A DNA stretch of 64,000 nt, from contig CBDCOH010000002.1 of assembly GCA_965219685.1 (NCBI GenBank), positions 3,072,001-3,136,000 of the forward strand, written 5' to 3'. Positions 1 through 11,513 of this stretch are shown one piece after another. The notes below the pieces were generated by a model. It made no database searches. It was not told where the DNA came from and saw nothing but the letters and a program-made list of their open reading frames with translations. Position 1 is the stretch's first letter. The number at the start of each line of letters is the position of its first letter. The stretch is from Candidatus Spongiisociaceae bacterium (lineage in GTDB: Bacteria; Actinomycetota; Acidimicrobiia; Spongiisociales; Spongiisociaceae). The translations under genes were made by a program, and so were the position numbers.

Positions 1-1
1 G

Positions 2-499
2 GCGGTTGCGGACAGCGCCGGCCAGGTAGCTGCGCAGCTGTGCCACGCCTGCGTCCACCGACCCGAGCATCGCGCGCGCCTCTCCCAGGGCGTTGGTGGC
101 CGACACCATCGGCTTGTCCCAATCCACCCCTAGGGCCGGGCGGTCGGCGAGGACCTTCCCGTAGGAGGCCACGTGCCGTTCCATCGACGTTTCGATCCCT
201 TCGGTACGGGTTTTCCACTCGGGCCGGTCAGTGACCAGCAGCTGTATCGGATATCCCGACGCTTCCTCAGCAGCCTCCCGCAGCGAGTCGGTCATGCTGT
301 CGCGCTGGTCGTAGTCCAGGTCGTCGTAGACGGCGACGAGGTCGATGTCGCTTCGGGCGGTCTGTTCACCGCGAGCGACGGAGCCGAACAGCACCACCCG
401 ACCAACACCAGCCTCCACCAGCACCTCCGCGGCCCGTTCCGCGTCGCGGAGCGACGGTGGCACTCCCGGCCCGGCCTTTCCGCGTTCAGAAACATTCAT
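2..499 (-). CDS. Minimal nucleotidyltransferase (MNT) domain protein, 3' end runs off the window; may continue into a HEPN domain
   Basis: Not in ORF track. Manual translation from ATG 499: MNVSERGKAGPGVPPSLRDAERAAEVLVEAGVGRVVLFGSVARGEQTARSDIDLVAVYDDLD, with the hhFGS..RG...SDID motif; GGGAGG upstream. Confidence 0.8.
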   Translation of the reverse strand, partial: MNVSERGKAGPGVPPSLRDAERAAEVLVEAGVGRVVLFGSVARGEQTARSDIDLVAVYDDLDYDQRDSMTDSLREAAEEASGYPIQLLVTDRPEWKTRTEGIETSMERHVASYGKVLADRPALGVDWDKPMVSATNALGEARAMLGSVDAGVAQLRSYLAGAVRNR

Positions 500-823
500 C
501 CCGACACTTCCTCCCTTCCCTTACTTCATCCGCAGACCAGGCTGCCCCCGGCTCCTACGCACGTTCCACCCCGTGGCCTGGACCGGTCTGGTATCGCGCC
601 CTCTGTTCCGCCGGTTGGGTCAACTCCCGGGTTTCGCATTGTTGCGGTAGAGCTATCCGCAAGACCCCCGATCCCGGCTCGCGAACGGATCAAAGCCCGA
701 ACCGACCGGTCCGCCCGTACGGGCTGGTGCTCAGTTGCAACGAGCGGGACGGCCCGCTCCGGGAACGACTGCCTGCCTGCAGGATCTGTCCGGTCCTGTC
801 GGTGTTCGCGGCACCTACAGCCG

Positions 824-3181
824 TTACTGTGCCCATCGGACTCCTTCGGGGGCTGGTATCAGGCCCCTTTGGCCCCAGCATGCTGCTTGGCCGTCTGTTC
901 TTATTCCGCAGGATGTGTGGGTGAACAGGGTGAGGGAGCTGAATTCGCTTCCGGGTGGTTCTGTTTGTCCGTGGTCGTTGGGTCCCCAGCACGCGACGGT
1001 GCCGTCTGTTCGTATCCCACAGGAGTGCGTTCCGTCTTGGACGCTGACAGCCACGGCGGTGAACCGCCCGTCGGGTGCGTCTAGGTTCCCTTGATGGTCG
1101 TAGCCCCAGCATGCGATCGAGCCGTCGGTGCGGAGCCCGCAGATGTGGTCGTAGCCGCCCGAGAGGGCGGTGAACTGCCCGTCTGGTGCTTGGGTGTAGC
1201 GGCCCCAGCACGAGGCGGTGCGGTCGCTGCTGATGCCGCAGGTGTAGTCAACCCCGACGGCTACGGCGGTGTATTGGCTGTCGGGTGCGGCCAACGCTGC
1301 GGCGGGTGCTTGGTCACCCCAGCATGTGACAGCCCGGTCCGCTCGGATGGCGCAGGAGTGGGTGATGCCGGTGGCGAGGGTCGTGTATTGCCCGTCGGGT
1401 ACGTTCAGCTGTGCTTGGTCGTTCCGGCCCCAGCACACGATTCCACCGTCCTCCCGGAGTCCACATGAGTGTTGCGCCGAGGCCGACACCGTAGCGAACC
1501 GGCCGTCGGGTGGGTCGGACTGGCCTTCGTCGTTGTCTCCCCAGCACACGACCGTGGCGTCCGTGCGGAGTGCGCAGGTGTGTCCCCGTCCGGCGGTGAT
1601 GGACGTGAACCGTCCGTCGGGTACGTCGAGCTGGTCGGTTGTTCCTCCCCAGCAGGAGACAGTGCCGTCCGCTCGCAGACCACACAGATGGTGGAGCCCA
1701 CCGACCACCGAGGCGAACGCGCCGTCGCCTATTCGCCCGCCCCAGCAGACAACGGTGCCGTCCTCCCCCAACCCACACGTATGGAAGGGTCCTGTGGCTA
1801 TAGCAGCGAAGGTTCCGTCGGGAGCGTCGAGCTGTCCGTGGTCGTTCCCGCCCCAGCAGACGATGGTGCCGTCCTCCCGCAGGCCGCAGGAGTGGGCCGC
1901 CCCGGCGGTGACCGCCGCGAAGGAACCGTCGGGAGGGTCGGACTGCCCGTCTGTGTTACGGCCCCAACACTGGACGGTGCCATCCGCCCGCAGCCCACAC
2001 GTATGGAGGGGTCCCGCGGCTATGGCGGTGAAGGTCCCGTCGGGAGCGTCGCGCTGCCCGGCGAGGTCGTTGTCGCCCCAGCAGACAACCGTGCCGTCCT
2101 CCCGCAGCGCACACGTGTGGGCAGAACCGGCGGTGACCGCAGCGAAGGCTCCGTCGGGAGGGTCGGACTGCCCGTACTGGTTCCAACCCCAACACTCAAC
2201 CATCCCGTCCGCCCGGAGCCCGCACGAATGCCCGAACCCGGCTGTGATAGCAGTGAAGGTTCCGTCGGGTGCGTCGAGTTGTCCGTATTGGTTCCAGCCC
2301 CAGCACTGGGCGGTGCCGTCGGCCCGGAGTCCGCACGAATGCGCGAGCAAGGCGGCAAGGTCTGTGAACTTCCCATCGGGTGGATCCGCCTGACCCCAGG
2401 TGTCGAAACCCCAGCAGACCACAGAGCGGTCGGCTCTTAGCGCGCAGCTGTGGTCCGTGCCGGCTGCGATCTTGGTGAACCCCCCGCTGGGTGGGGTTGT
2501 CTCATCCGCGTCGGGTAGTAGGCCGAATGCTCTGGCTAGGAACGTGGCCATCTGAGCCCGGGTCGTCGCCTGGCCGGGGCAGAAACGGAGAGGGTCGGTG
2601 GCGCAGCCCACCGTGACTCCCGCCGCGGCCAACGCGTCGATGTTGGCCTCGTGAGTGTTACTGGCCGTGTCCGCGAACCCCGCCGGACCTGCGGGGTCGA
2701 GACCGACCGCCCGGACCAGGAACGTGGCCATCTGAGCGCGGGTCACGACCTGGTGGGGGCAGAACCGCAGCGGCTCCCGGGCGCAGCCCAAGGTGACCTC
2801 CAGGTCCGCGAGCCGCTCCACATAGGGTGTCCACCACTCGTCGGTGTCCACATCGGCGAAGCGTGTTCCCGCCTCGCTGGTTGGAGACTCGCCCAACGCT
2901 CGGACCAGCCACACCGCCATCACCCAACGGCGGATCGGATCTCCCGGACAGAACAGGCCCTCCCCACACTCGGTACCTGCCAGCACCCCCGCATTGGCCA
3001 GAGCATCGATCGCCGGCTCATGCACCGACCCGTCATCGTCACCAAACCAACCCGCCGCCGACACACTCACAGCCAGCACCACCAGCAGCATCACCGCCGT
3101 ACCCAACAGCATCCACACACCGACACGGCCACGAGCCACGCAACCATTCACAGACATCTCTTGTCTCCCTAGATCAGCCAT
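824..3181 (-). CDS. Secreted S-layer homology (SLH) protein with many RCC1-like repeats
   Basis: Signal-like hydrophobic N-terminus; SLH motifs (VTRAQMATFLVRA); about 15 repeats of H(S/T)CGLRxDGTxxCWG. Confidence 0.9.
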   Translation of the reverse strand: MADLGRQEMSVNGCVARGRVGVWMLLGTAVMLLVVLAVSVSAAGWFGDDDGSVHEPAIDALANAGVLAGTECGEGLFCPGDPIRRWVMAVWLVRALGESPTSEAGTRFADVDTDEWWTPYVERLADLEVTLGCAREPLRFCPHQVVTRAQMATFLVRAVGLDPAGPAGFADTASNTHEANIDALAAAGVTVGCATDPLRFCPGQATTRAQMATFLARAFGLLPDADETTPPSGGFTKIAAGTDHSCALRADRSVVCWGFDTWGQADPPDGKFTDLAALLAHSCGLRADGTAQCWGWNQYGQLDAPDGTFTAITAGFGHSCGLRADGMVECWGWNQYGQSDPPDGAFAAVTAGSAHTCALREDGTVVCWGDNDLAGQRDAPDGTFTAIAAGPLHTCGLRADGTVQCWGRNTDGQSDPPDGSFAAVTAGAAHSCGLREDGTIVCWGGNDHGQLDAPDGTFAAIATGPFHTCGLGEDGTVVCWGGRIGDGAFASVVGGLHHLCGLRADGTVSCWGGTTDQLDVPDGRFTSITAGRGHTCALRTDATVVCWGDNDEGQSDPPDGRFATVSASAQHSCGLREDGGIVCWGRNDQAQLNVPDGQYTTLATGITHSCAIRADRAVTCWGDQAPAAALAAPDSQYTAVAVGVDYTCGISSDRTASCWGRYTQAPDGQFTALSGGYDHICGLRTDGSIACWGYDHQGNLDAPDGRFTAVAVSVQDGTHSCGIRTDGTVACWGPNDHGQTEPPGSEFSSLTLFTHTSCGIRTDGQAACWGQRGLIPAPEGVRWAQ

Positions 3182-3324
3182 GTACCCATCTGAGTTCCCC
3201 CCGCCACCAGCGAAATCCCAACACTCACCCCGCCATAGTGCATAGTCGTTGTGATAGTCTCACGCTATGAGCATACCATCGGGGTTTGTGTCGCTACCCA
3301 GCATCGGCCGGTACAATCCGAGAG

Positions 3325-3789
3325 ATGGCAGACGGCACAGGATTAGGCACCCGAATCCGAGCCCGTCGTACCGCTTTAGGGCTAACCCTTGCCGAAGTAG
3401 CAGAACGCGCCGGCCTCTCGAACCAGTACATGTCCAACCTTGAAAACGGCCACCGCAGCCCCAGCCTCGCCGCGCTCCGCGCCATCGCCGCAGCCCTCGG
3501 CCAAACCGTCGCCGACCTGCTCGGCGACGGTGCGGACACGATGAACGTCGACCTGTTGGCAACAGCACTAGCCGACGCCCCCCAGTCGCTACTCACCTTC
3601 ACCCGATCCGAACACTTCCGAGACGCCGTCCACCGCCTCGCCGACGAACACCAGATCGACCCCCAAGACCTACACACCCGGCTCACCATCGGGATGGCCA
3701 TCGCCCCCCGACACTCAGGCGACATGCCCACAGACCACGACTGGCGTCGCCTCCTCGACGCCTACACCCTCATCCTCCGAGACGGATAA
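3325..3789 (+). CDS. XRE-family helix-turn-helix transcriptional regulator
   Basis: LGTRIRARRTALGLTLAEVAERAGLSNQYMSNLENGHRSPSL; probable ATG at 3325. Confidence 0.85.
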   Translation: MADGTGLGTRIRARRTALGLTLAEVAERAGLSNQYMSNLENGHRSPSLAALRAIAAALGQTVADLLGDGADTMNVDLLATALADAPQSLLTFTRSEHFRDAVHRLADEHQIDPQDLHTRLTIGMAIAPRHSGDMPTDHDWRRLLDAYTLILRDG

Positions 3790-3818
3790 CCAAAGCCGAC
3801 CAGGACGGGGAAGCAGGC

Positions 3819-4238
3819 ATGACACCCACAGAAAGCCAGCGCAGCCGCCCAGAATCCGTCTACACCAAAGAGCCCGCACCCGGCGAGGTGATCATCCGGG
3901 ACCAGACCGGATACCGCGACGGCTACAGCGCCATGTACGACGGACCCGTCGCCGTGGCCCTGCCCGACGACGTGGCAGACCCGAACACTCCCAAAGCGTC
4001 CGGCATTGTCGAGCTGCCGCGCCATCTCGGACCGTCACCGCCGATCCCCTTCGACCTCGACAACTGGGTGGACCGCCGAGCCGTCTACGGCAGAGTCCTC
4101 GAAGACGGCACCCCAGACGACGTAAGCTGGTTCATCGACGTACACAAACTCGTAGAGATGTGGGACCGGATCATGCTGTCGGACTATGTCCTGTCGGTGT
4201 GGGAACCATGGCTACGAGACAACGGCTACCTGCGCTAG
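3819..4238 (+). CDS. Hypothetical protein resembling small actinobacterial antitoxin-like partners of AbiEii nucleotidyltransferases
   Basis: VELPRHL..FDLD..RRAVYGRVLEDG..DDV..W pattern; family assignment from memory. Confidence 0.5.
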   Translation: MTPTESQRSRPESVYTKEPAPGEVIIRDQTGYRDGYSAMYDGPVAVALPDDVADPNTPKASGIVELPRHLGPSPPIPFDLDNWVDRRAVYGRVLEDGTPDDVSWFIDVHKLVEMWDRIMLSDYVLSVWEPWLRDNGYLR

Positions 4239-4288
4239 AACAGTCAACTGGTCCGTCGTTGGTCCTGCATCACGAAAGGCGACAAGCG

Positions 4289-4402
4289 TCACCTCCACCT
4301 CCCGGACGCCCTCAAGAAGGAATGCAGAGTTGGCAACAGGTAATCAAGTCGCTTGGCATCGTCCCTTGCGTCGAGGTACGCGACGATGGTGTCGACGATC
4401 AT
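4289..4402 (-). pseudogene. Possible VapC/PIN toxin N-terminal remnant
   Basis: Manual translation MIVDTIVAYLDARDD then an early stop. Confidence 0.3.
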
Positions 4403-5149
4403 CGCCCAGCCCGGGTGAGTGTCGCCCTCTCAGCTAGAAGCGATCGGACTTCGCTGGTGTAGGGCCGCCTTTGTGACCCGATCACATCAAGGCCTCTGCA
4501 GGCCTCGATCTAGCTCGCTCGGTCACGGCCAACTCCGTTACCAACGGTCTGGCAGAATCCCAACCGAGGTGAGCCCCTGGCACGGTTGGTGCGGGTCCCT
4601 GACTATGTCCACCTTCCCGCGCGCTGTGGCGGCGGTGAGTTCAGCCGCTTCGTGGGTCAGGACTGTTCGGATCAGGTATTCCGTTACGTCCAAGTGAGGG
4701 TCTGTCGCTCCTCTCCTGTGCTGCAGGTCTCCAATCTCGACTATGGCCGCTGAGAACCTGGCCACTACCAGAACGGTGGCCACCCGTAAGAACACTATCC
4801 GCCCGCCGCGTCTCCTCTGAGAGGCACGCCCGGACGCTCCTTGCCCAGCCACCGTGACCCTGATGGCGATCACTGGCCACCCAGAAGAAACCTTCTCAGG
4901 TTGTCAGCGAGCCAGTCCCCATCCGTCGACCCAACAAGCCGTCGTCGCCCGCTTACGCCCGTCAATGGACAGTCGCACCGCGGACCCGTTCCCCTGAGAG
5001 GACATACGCAAGAACTCGCCTCGTGCTAGAACGCTCGTCTCGCTGGCATTAGGAAACGGGCTCCCTTGCGGAGAACGACGCAGTTTCGCCGTTGTCGGAA
5101 CCGCAGGCATCGCGGGTGTCTCCGCCGCTTCCTACCTCACCGGGTGGGC

Positions 5150-5563
5150 CTACCTGTAGTAGGCGTCGTCTGCGAGACGCTCCAGCAGATCCTCGTCCAC
5201 ATCGTCCCGATGCCACAACGGGCCTGCGCCCGACACGTCCGCTTCCAGCCTGACCCCACCAAACACGGCTACCACTTCGAGACGACCGCCCATGTTCTCG
5301 ACGAGGGCACGGAGAGTAGAAAGCATGTAGTCGTTGCCGTCCGGGTCATCACGCTCATCCAGACCCATACGCCCCTGGAGGCGCAAAGCCAGCCCCCCGA
5401 GCAGAGAGAAACGGAACCGCTCGATCTCCAAAGCGTTGTAATCGACCACCTCCGCCCAGGCATCGTTCTCCGCCTCGATACGTCCGCGACTCCACACCGC
5501 GTCCTGGCTCCGCCCGGTGCCGGCAACACGGTGCTGTGTCGGTGGTCCCTGTGTAGTCGTCAT
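5150..5563 (-). CDS. Hypothetical protein
   Basis: 137 aa ORF with protein-like composition and GGATAGAG upstream. Confidence 0.55.
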   Translation of the reverse strand: MTTTQGPPTQHRVAGTGRSQDAVWSRGRIEAENDAWAEVVDYNALEIERFRFSLLGGLALRLQGRMGLDERDDPDGNDYMLSTLRALVENMGGRLEVVAVFGGVRLEADVSGAGPLWHRDDVDEDLLERLADDAYYR

Positions 5564-5585
5564 GTCGTCTCTATCCGCTTGAAGG

Positions 5586-5690
5586 TGATCGCGATCACTG
5601 CCATTCCCCAGAGTTGATCAGCGAAACTCCCCACCCTGGGTGAATTGGTGAGTCTAATGGTGGCGACCTTTCGGTCGCTGCCTGCGGTCG
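5586..5690 (-). mobile_element. IS21-family terminal remnant
   Basis: ttccccagagttgatcagcgaaactccccacc..ttggtgagtcta is homologous to the end downstream of istB at 26443-26520. Confidence 0.6.
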
Positions 5691-6635
5691 TCGGGTTGGT
5701 TGGCTAACTGCTGGTGGCGGTCGCCTGATCGGCTACACCACAACCTCTCAGCCCGATGATCCGGCTACCAACGGCGCAGGCGTCTCTTTTCGTGCGTTGC
5801 GTGCAGCGGCCAGAACGCTCTGCTGATCGCCAGCAGCGAGGACCATCTCCACCATCGCCCAATACCGGCGCGGCTGTTCTCCGTGCAGAGGGCGGGGTTC
5901 CGGTTCTGGGCCTGGAGGTGGGTGGTTGCCGTTGACGGTAGCTCGGGGAGGAGGACCGCTAACGGGTTCGGTGGAGCCGAACCCGGCGAGGATCCGCTCA
6001 GCGCCGGCTCGCTCGTCTGTGGGATCGCGGCCTCCTCTTCAGCGCGGTTCCGCGGGCGGAAGGCCGAGCAGGTGACCGAAAGGAAGGAGGGGCAGGGGGG
6101 CAGGGGCGAAGCGGCTGTCGACGCCGAGCGGCGAAACGCTGGCCGTGGCCAGCGGTGGTGAGGCAGAGAAGGGTGGTTCAGGGCGGAGTCCTTCACCTAG
6201 CGAGCTAAGAACTTCTTGGGCAGGGAGAAGTGCAGTCTGGTGGTACACCGCGGCCCTAAAGGGGACGCAATCGGTCCTCGGTCGTCGACAGGGTCAAGAG
6301 GCATAACCCTTCCGCTACCGCGCGGAACCGAAGGCGCACACGAGCCGACTGGCGTCGGCGGAACACACCGACGATGCGCATTCTTACAAGCTGACGGGCG
6401 AACCGAAACACGGACTCGGGTCAGGGTCGAACTCGTCGGTGGGAAGTAGACCATGCCGTACAAGCCCGTTTGAGGGATCAGTCATTGGGGATCTCCACTG
6501 GGTCTGGCCCTCGGCCAGCAGGTGAAAGAGTAGTCAACTGACTGCCAGCGTCGTCGAGGGGTGGTCGCCGGTGGCGAAACGCCTAATAACCGACGGTTTG
6601 GCGACTGCAGCGACAGTGGCCGACAGTAAATACAT

Positions 6636-6719
6636 GCGCGCGAGTAGGCGCGCGACGAGGCGCGCGAGTAGGCGCGCGACGAGGCGCGCGAGTAAGCGCG
6701 CGACGGGGCGCGCGACGTA
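6636..6719. repeat. Seven tandem 12-bp units (GCGCGCGAGTAG / GCGCGCGACGAG alternating)
   Basis: Read directly from the sequence. Confidence 0.9.
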
Positions 6720-6999
6720 GCGCTGCCTTCTCCTGAGTCGGAACAGCCGGGGCTAGGAGTGGGAGTGCCAGCGGCCGTCGAGGTCTCGAATCCAGCGGCT
6801 CGGCCTCGACCAGACTCCTGGGGTGTCCCGAGCATCGCCCCTGTGGAGGGGTCGGTGAATTCTGCCGCGGCGGACACGATCCCGCAGCTGGCCTCGTCCG
6901 TCTTTGGGGGATACGTCACCACTCCCATTCGAAGGCGACCACCACGGCCTCTATAGAAGCGCGAATCACCGTTCCTCGAGCCAGGTAGTCGAACTGGTT

Positions 7000-7700
7000 G
7001 GCGGTGAGCTGGCGAATGCTCCAACGCCGGGCAGGGTGTACACCGACAAGTCCGCAAGGCCCGGTGCCGACAATCGACCTACAGAATCACCGCAGACGCT
7101 CCCGCTTCGGCCAGATGCCTCAACGACGAGTGACACAACTGGTGGAGGGTCCAGCCGCTGTGTTTGCCGAACTCGGACGCGGCAGTGCGATAGGACAGCC
7201 GGGCCTCGCCGGTCGGCGTGTACAGGTCCCGCCGTGCCGCCACGGTACGGGTCTTCCACCGTGTCAGCGTCCGCCACCCTTGGAGCGGATCCGGGCCCTC
7301 CACCGGGTCCGGCCCAGGTCCTCCACAACGAGGACCAACGCCCTAGCCACGGTTCCGCGCAGCATCCACCACAGGGTCTTCTCCGCAGCGGCACACTGCG
7401 CCGGTTACACAGCGCCTAGAGATCCGCATACGGGATCACCCTGAAGTAATCCACTCTCCACCGACGGGACAGTAACCCCAGCCAGCAAACCGGCGTCCAA
7501 GGGCCAGCGCTGCTAACGCCAGGACACAAAGGCTCGGAAAGCGACTCGTTGGGTGTTCCACGTCGCAGGCGCGCAATCATCCCACCGCTCCCGGAAGACC
7601 GCCTCGACCGCGCCGGCGAGGGATGGCACGTGATGGAGGAGATCACCGTCTCCGGAGCAGCCAGGGAGGCTCCGAGGTGCAGCCAGCGCCGATACCACCC
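7000..7700 (-). pseudogene. Degraded tyrosine recombinase/integrase
   Basis: Fragments APATWNTQRVAFRAFVSW and GEARLSYR..WTLHQLCHSSLRHLAEAG (degenerate HxLRH box) with stops and frameshifts; boundaries approximate. Confidence 0.7.
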
Positions 7701-9008
7701 AAGGAGGAAGCCTTGTCGCGTAAAGGGTAACGGCGCGGGAGCATGCTCTAGCGCTGGAGCTTCGCCATCCGGACCGTATCGAAGGTATGAGGCTGTGGTC
7801 CACGACGACATCTGCACAACCGGTCTGCAAGTCAACCGTGGCGCGGCGGTTACGGGAATGGGCAGCCGTTTCCGTTCACGGGATAGCGCTCGCCCGTCAG
7901 CCATGTAGGAAAGGCTGGCGGATCCTGTGTGAATCAGCCGGGCATCCGTGTCCTCCTGTCCATACCGTGTAGGGCAAGTAATCATCGGATGTGAACGGTA
8001 AGGCAGGCAGAGGCCGACGGTTGGCAGCTTCAACTGCCCGACGAGCCACCCGTTCCCCCCGGAGCGCTAACACTGAGGAGGACCGGCGGAGCCAGACGCC
8101 CGCTGCTTCATCCGTTTGTCATACGGCACTGTTGAGCTACCCAAGCAGTGACATCGTTGCACTGACGTGCCGGGGGGCTGGCCAGGCAGCGAGAGCGGCG
8201 ATGTGTCATCCAACCATCCGACCCCGCTATCGGACTCGACTCGGGGTAATGCCATTGCTCCGGCGCCAGGTTGGCGGGTCTCCGAATGGCCGGTTTCGGG
8301 TGCCTCTCCGGACCGAGTGTGGTACTAGAAGTGGGACGTGTCCTCAGAATGTCGTTCGATGAGCCGATTTGGGTCGGTGTTCGGTACGGTCGGTATCGGA
8401 CAGTCCTTCCGCGGCACACTAAGACGAACACTGCGCCACCGGCCGGGTGTTGGCGATCCACTGTGGCATTAGAGCGGCAGTCACGATGCGGCCGAGACCA
8501 ACTTCGAGAGCATGAGTCGTACAACGAACGACGATAGAGGCCCAGCACATAGGACGCTCTCGGGTGTTGCAGGTGTGGCCCCATACCCTTAATCTGGGGC
8601 ACCGTCCGTTCAGGTGATCGACCGTCACGTCCACTGGACCGGCGGGTTCCGGGGGCTCGGTGGGTTCGCAACTGCTGCGTTGTCTTGATCACTGCGAGGC
8701 TACGCCGAGCCCAAACTCGGTCCTCGGACCCGCAGGACGGGTTCCCACAGGGCGCTCCAGCCACCAGTATTGAGTTGGGTCCAGACCCCCCCGGTTTCAG
8801 GGGGCACCCGGTTCATCGCAGCAGCCACCTAACAAACCGGGCACGCTCCTCCATGAGTGAGTCTCGCTGATCGGCAACATCGTGGAGTGGGACTGTGGAA
8901 TCTGGTAGTCGGGTGACCGACAAAGGAATGTCTCACTTCGTAGCGCGCTATAGGCACAAAGCGATTGTTCCATCGGGGCTACGGGACCGAGAAGCGCGCA
9001 CTGGCTAC

Positions 9009-9368
9009 TTACTCCTGATTCAGTCGAGAGTGTCGTCTGCCGGTTCTGTGCAGGCAGGCGGTTTCGTTGTCCAGTATCCACCCCAGCAGAGCATTCAGCC
9101 TTTGGCTCCGCGCAGTTAGGTTGTTTCCCCGCCCGTAGGCCACGGCCTCGAAGACAGCCTCGCGTCTGCAGTGACGGATCGCTCCCACATCGCACCCGCA
9201 GCCGTCGGCCACGTTCCACTGAGCGTCGTGTTCGAAGCCGAGCCGGACTGCCCGGTCGGTGGCGAACTCGTCGATGACTGCGACCGACCCGCTATCGCCA
9301 CGGATCAGAACCGACCAGCCCCTATAGGTAAGCCCCCCAGGTGCCCGCTGGTAGGTGCCTTCAACCAC
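9009..9368 (-). CDS. Hypothetical protein
   Basis: 119 aa ORF, no motif recognised. Confidence 0.3.
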   Translation of the reverse strand: MVEGTYQRAPGGLTYRGWSVLIRGDSGSVAVIDEFATDRAVRLGFEHDAQWNVADGCGCDVGAIRHCRREAVFEAVAYGRGNNLTARSQRLNALLGWILDNETACLHRTGRRHSRLNQE

Positions 9369-9997
9369 TCACGGCTCCTCTAGCTATCGTCCCTCACGGC
9401 CCGGACTTCCTTCCAAGAGGGGTCAGTTCCCGATCCAGTTCGGCTAGGCAGCTATGTTCCCGAAGACGTGACTCGATGCTTCCGAGGCCGACTCGGACTT
9501 CGGCAATGTCGTTGGCGATGACTGAGAGGCGTTCCGCAATCAAACCAGCCAACGGACGATGACCGATGTCAGGTTCTCCATGCCAAAGAGATCCCGGCGG
9601 AGCTGCCGAGCACGAGTGAACGAGCGCGGCCAGGATCTCGCCGCCGTACGCGAGTTGTCGAGCACTCTTGCCGGTTCCGCTCTCCGCGGAACCTTCGCAG
9701 GTCTTGCGAACCTTACTTGCAGCCCGGAGCCACTTGCTCAAACTCGCCAGTCCTCTCATCTGTGCGACCGACGGAACATAGCACGTTTGGGTTACGTGTT
9801 GAAACGACCGGTTAGGGACATAGGGCACGGAACAGAACGTTGCGTCAACCGTCCGCCACATCGTCGCTGCCATAGACTCAGACTGCCTGACATCCAATAC
9901 AGGTTTCCCGGGTGAAGGGCAACTGTTCCAAGTCACAACACCACACCTATAAGGGCGAGATCGACGTGCCCGGGGCGGTTCATGGTTGGGTTAGAGT

Positions 9998-11513
9998 TAG
10001 ACACCCCAGGCGGCAAATGTCAAGCTGCGGCTTGGTCGGCAAATGTCAAGCTGCGGCTTGGTCGAGGGTGGTGCGGTGGGCCCAGGTAGTGTGTTCGTCA
10101 TAGGTGGTTCGGTGTTTGAGACAGCCGTGGAGGATACCCACGAGCCGGTTGGCGAGGGCTCGGAGTGCTTGGTGGTGGAGGTCGCCGGCGGCTCGGCGTT
10201 GGTCGTAGAACGCTCGGGCGCCTGGACTTCGGGTTAGGGAACAGAATGCCCATTGGTCGAGGGCGTCGTAGAGGCGCCGGTTGCGGACGTGGCGGGCCAT
10301 AACGGTGTGTTTGCGGCCTGACGCGATGGTGATGGGCGACGTGCCGGCATAGTTCCTGGGTGACTTGGCGCTGGTGTAGCGTTGGGGGTCGTCCCCGGAC
10401 TCTCTGCGAGCGCCCGGGCGCCGAGCACGGTACCGAGTCCTGGCTGGGAGTGGTAGATGACGGCGTCCGGGTGCTCCTCAAAGCGGGTTTCCAGGGTTGC
10501 TTCGAGGTCTGTGAACTGGCGGTTGGTTTCCGCAATGACGCTCACCAGCGCCCCCACAGTGGCCCCGTGTGCGTCGGTGACCCGCCCAGGAGCGGCGAGT
10601 TGGCGGGTGCGGAGCCCTTTTTGTATTCGACGGGCAGCCGTATCGAGGGTGCGGCGTCGGCCGGCGGCGCGGAGCGCGGCCCTAATCTGGGTGACGGTCA
10701 GGCGGGCACCCCGGGTGGGGGTGGTTGCCCGACCCAGCACGGCGACGGTGTCGCGATTAGCCCGCTCATCGAAGGTTTCGAGGGCTGCGGGGTAGTACTC
10801 GCGCAGGGCGTTGCGGATCTGGTTGGTGTGACGCACCCGAGCCCAGATCAGGTTCTGATGCGTCCTAGCCAGGACTTTGATCCCTTCGGCTTCGGGGCTA
10901 TCACCGGCAACCCGACGATGGTTGTGCCGGTCGGTGCGTACTAGGTCGGCTAACACCTTGGCGTCGCCACGGTCTGATTTGGCCCCACCCTGGCTATGAC
11001 GGGTCCCGGTAACGCGAAACTGCCATCGGGTTGATCGCATACACCTGATAACCCGCCCCGACCAGAGCACCGACCCACAAACCACGGTCACACTCGATGC
11101 CCACCACCACCTCGGACGGATCCGATACGTGCTCGCCGATCATCTCATGCAACTGGGCCACACCTGCCAGACCTTCTGGTAGCCGCCGAGCGGCCAACGG
11201 AACTCCGGACTCGTCCATGAGACACACATCATGATGTCCCTCAGCCCAGTCATCACCCACAAAGATCATCCTTGCCTCCTCCATAGACGGATCACTCTCG
11301 AGCTGTGGAGGAAACGCCTGGCGGCGACCTAGCAGATCAGTGCTCTTCGCGGCACGCCACCCCATGAGCGCTACAAGCAGCCCTCACTCACCGGCCGGAG
11401 CACGATCTATCAACAGGAATCAGAGTTCCAGGAGCTTGGAGTACTCACCGGCCAGCCAGCTCAACCACCACACCCTCCCAGATGAACCAGAAGAAGTGGT
11501 GGACCCCCATTAG
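9998..11513 (-). mobile_element. IS110-family element, lineage A copy A1 (frameshifted)
   Basis: Ends CTAATGGGGG and CCTGGGGTGTCTA with duplicated CTA core; near-identical inverted copy at 16162-17652. Confidence 0.9.
10046..11269 (-). pseudogene. IS110 recombinase with two frameshifts
   Basis: MIFVGDDWAEGHHD, AKSDRGDA and ALRALANRLVGILHGCL lie in three frames; intact homologue at 60890-62110. Confidence 0.9.

Noticed and set aside
1000-2480. Regular repeats of about 111 bp resembling an array
   Set aside because: In-frame degenerate RCC1 repeats, with no identical repeat/unique spacer pattern and no cas genes
5880-6460. GC-rich stretch with hairpins and GAAA loops as a large ncRNA
   Set aside because: No recognisable family motif; the minus strand reads like a decayed protein; such hairpins are expected at this GC content
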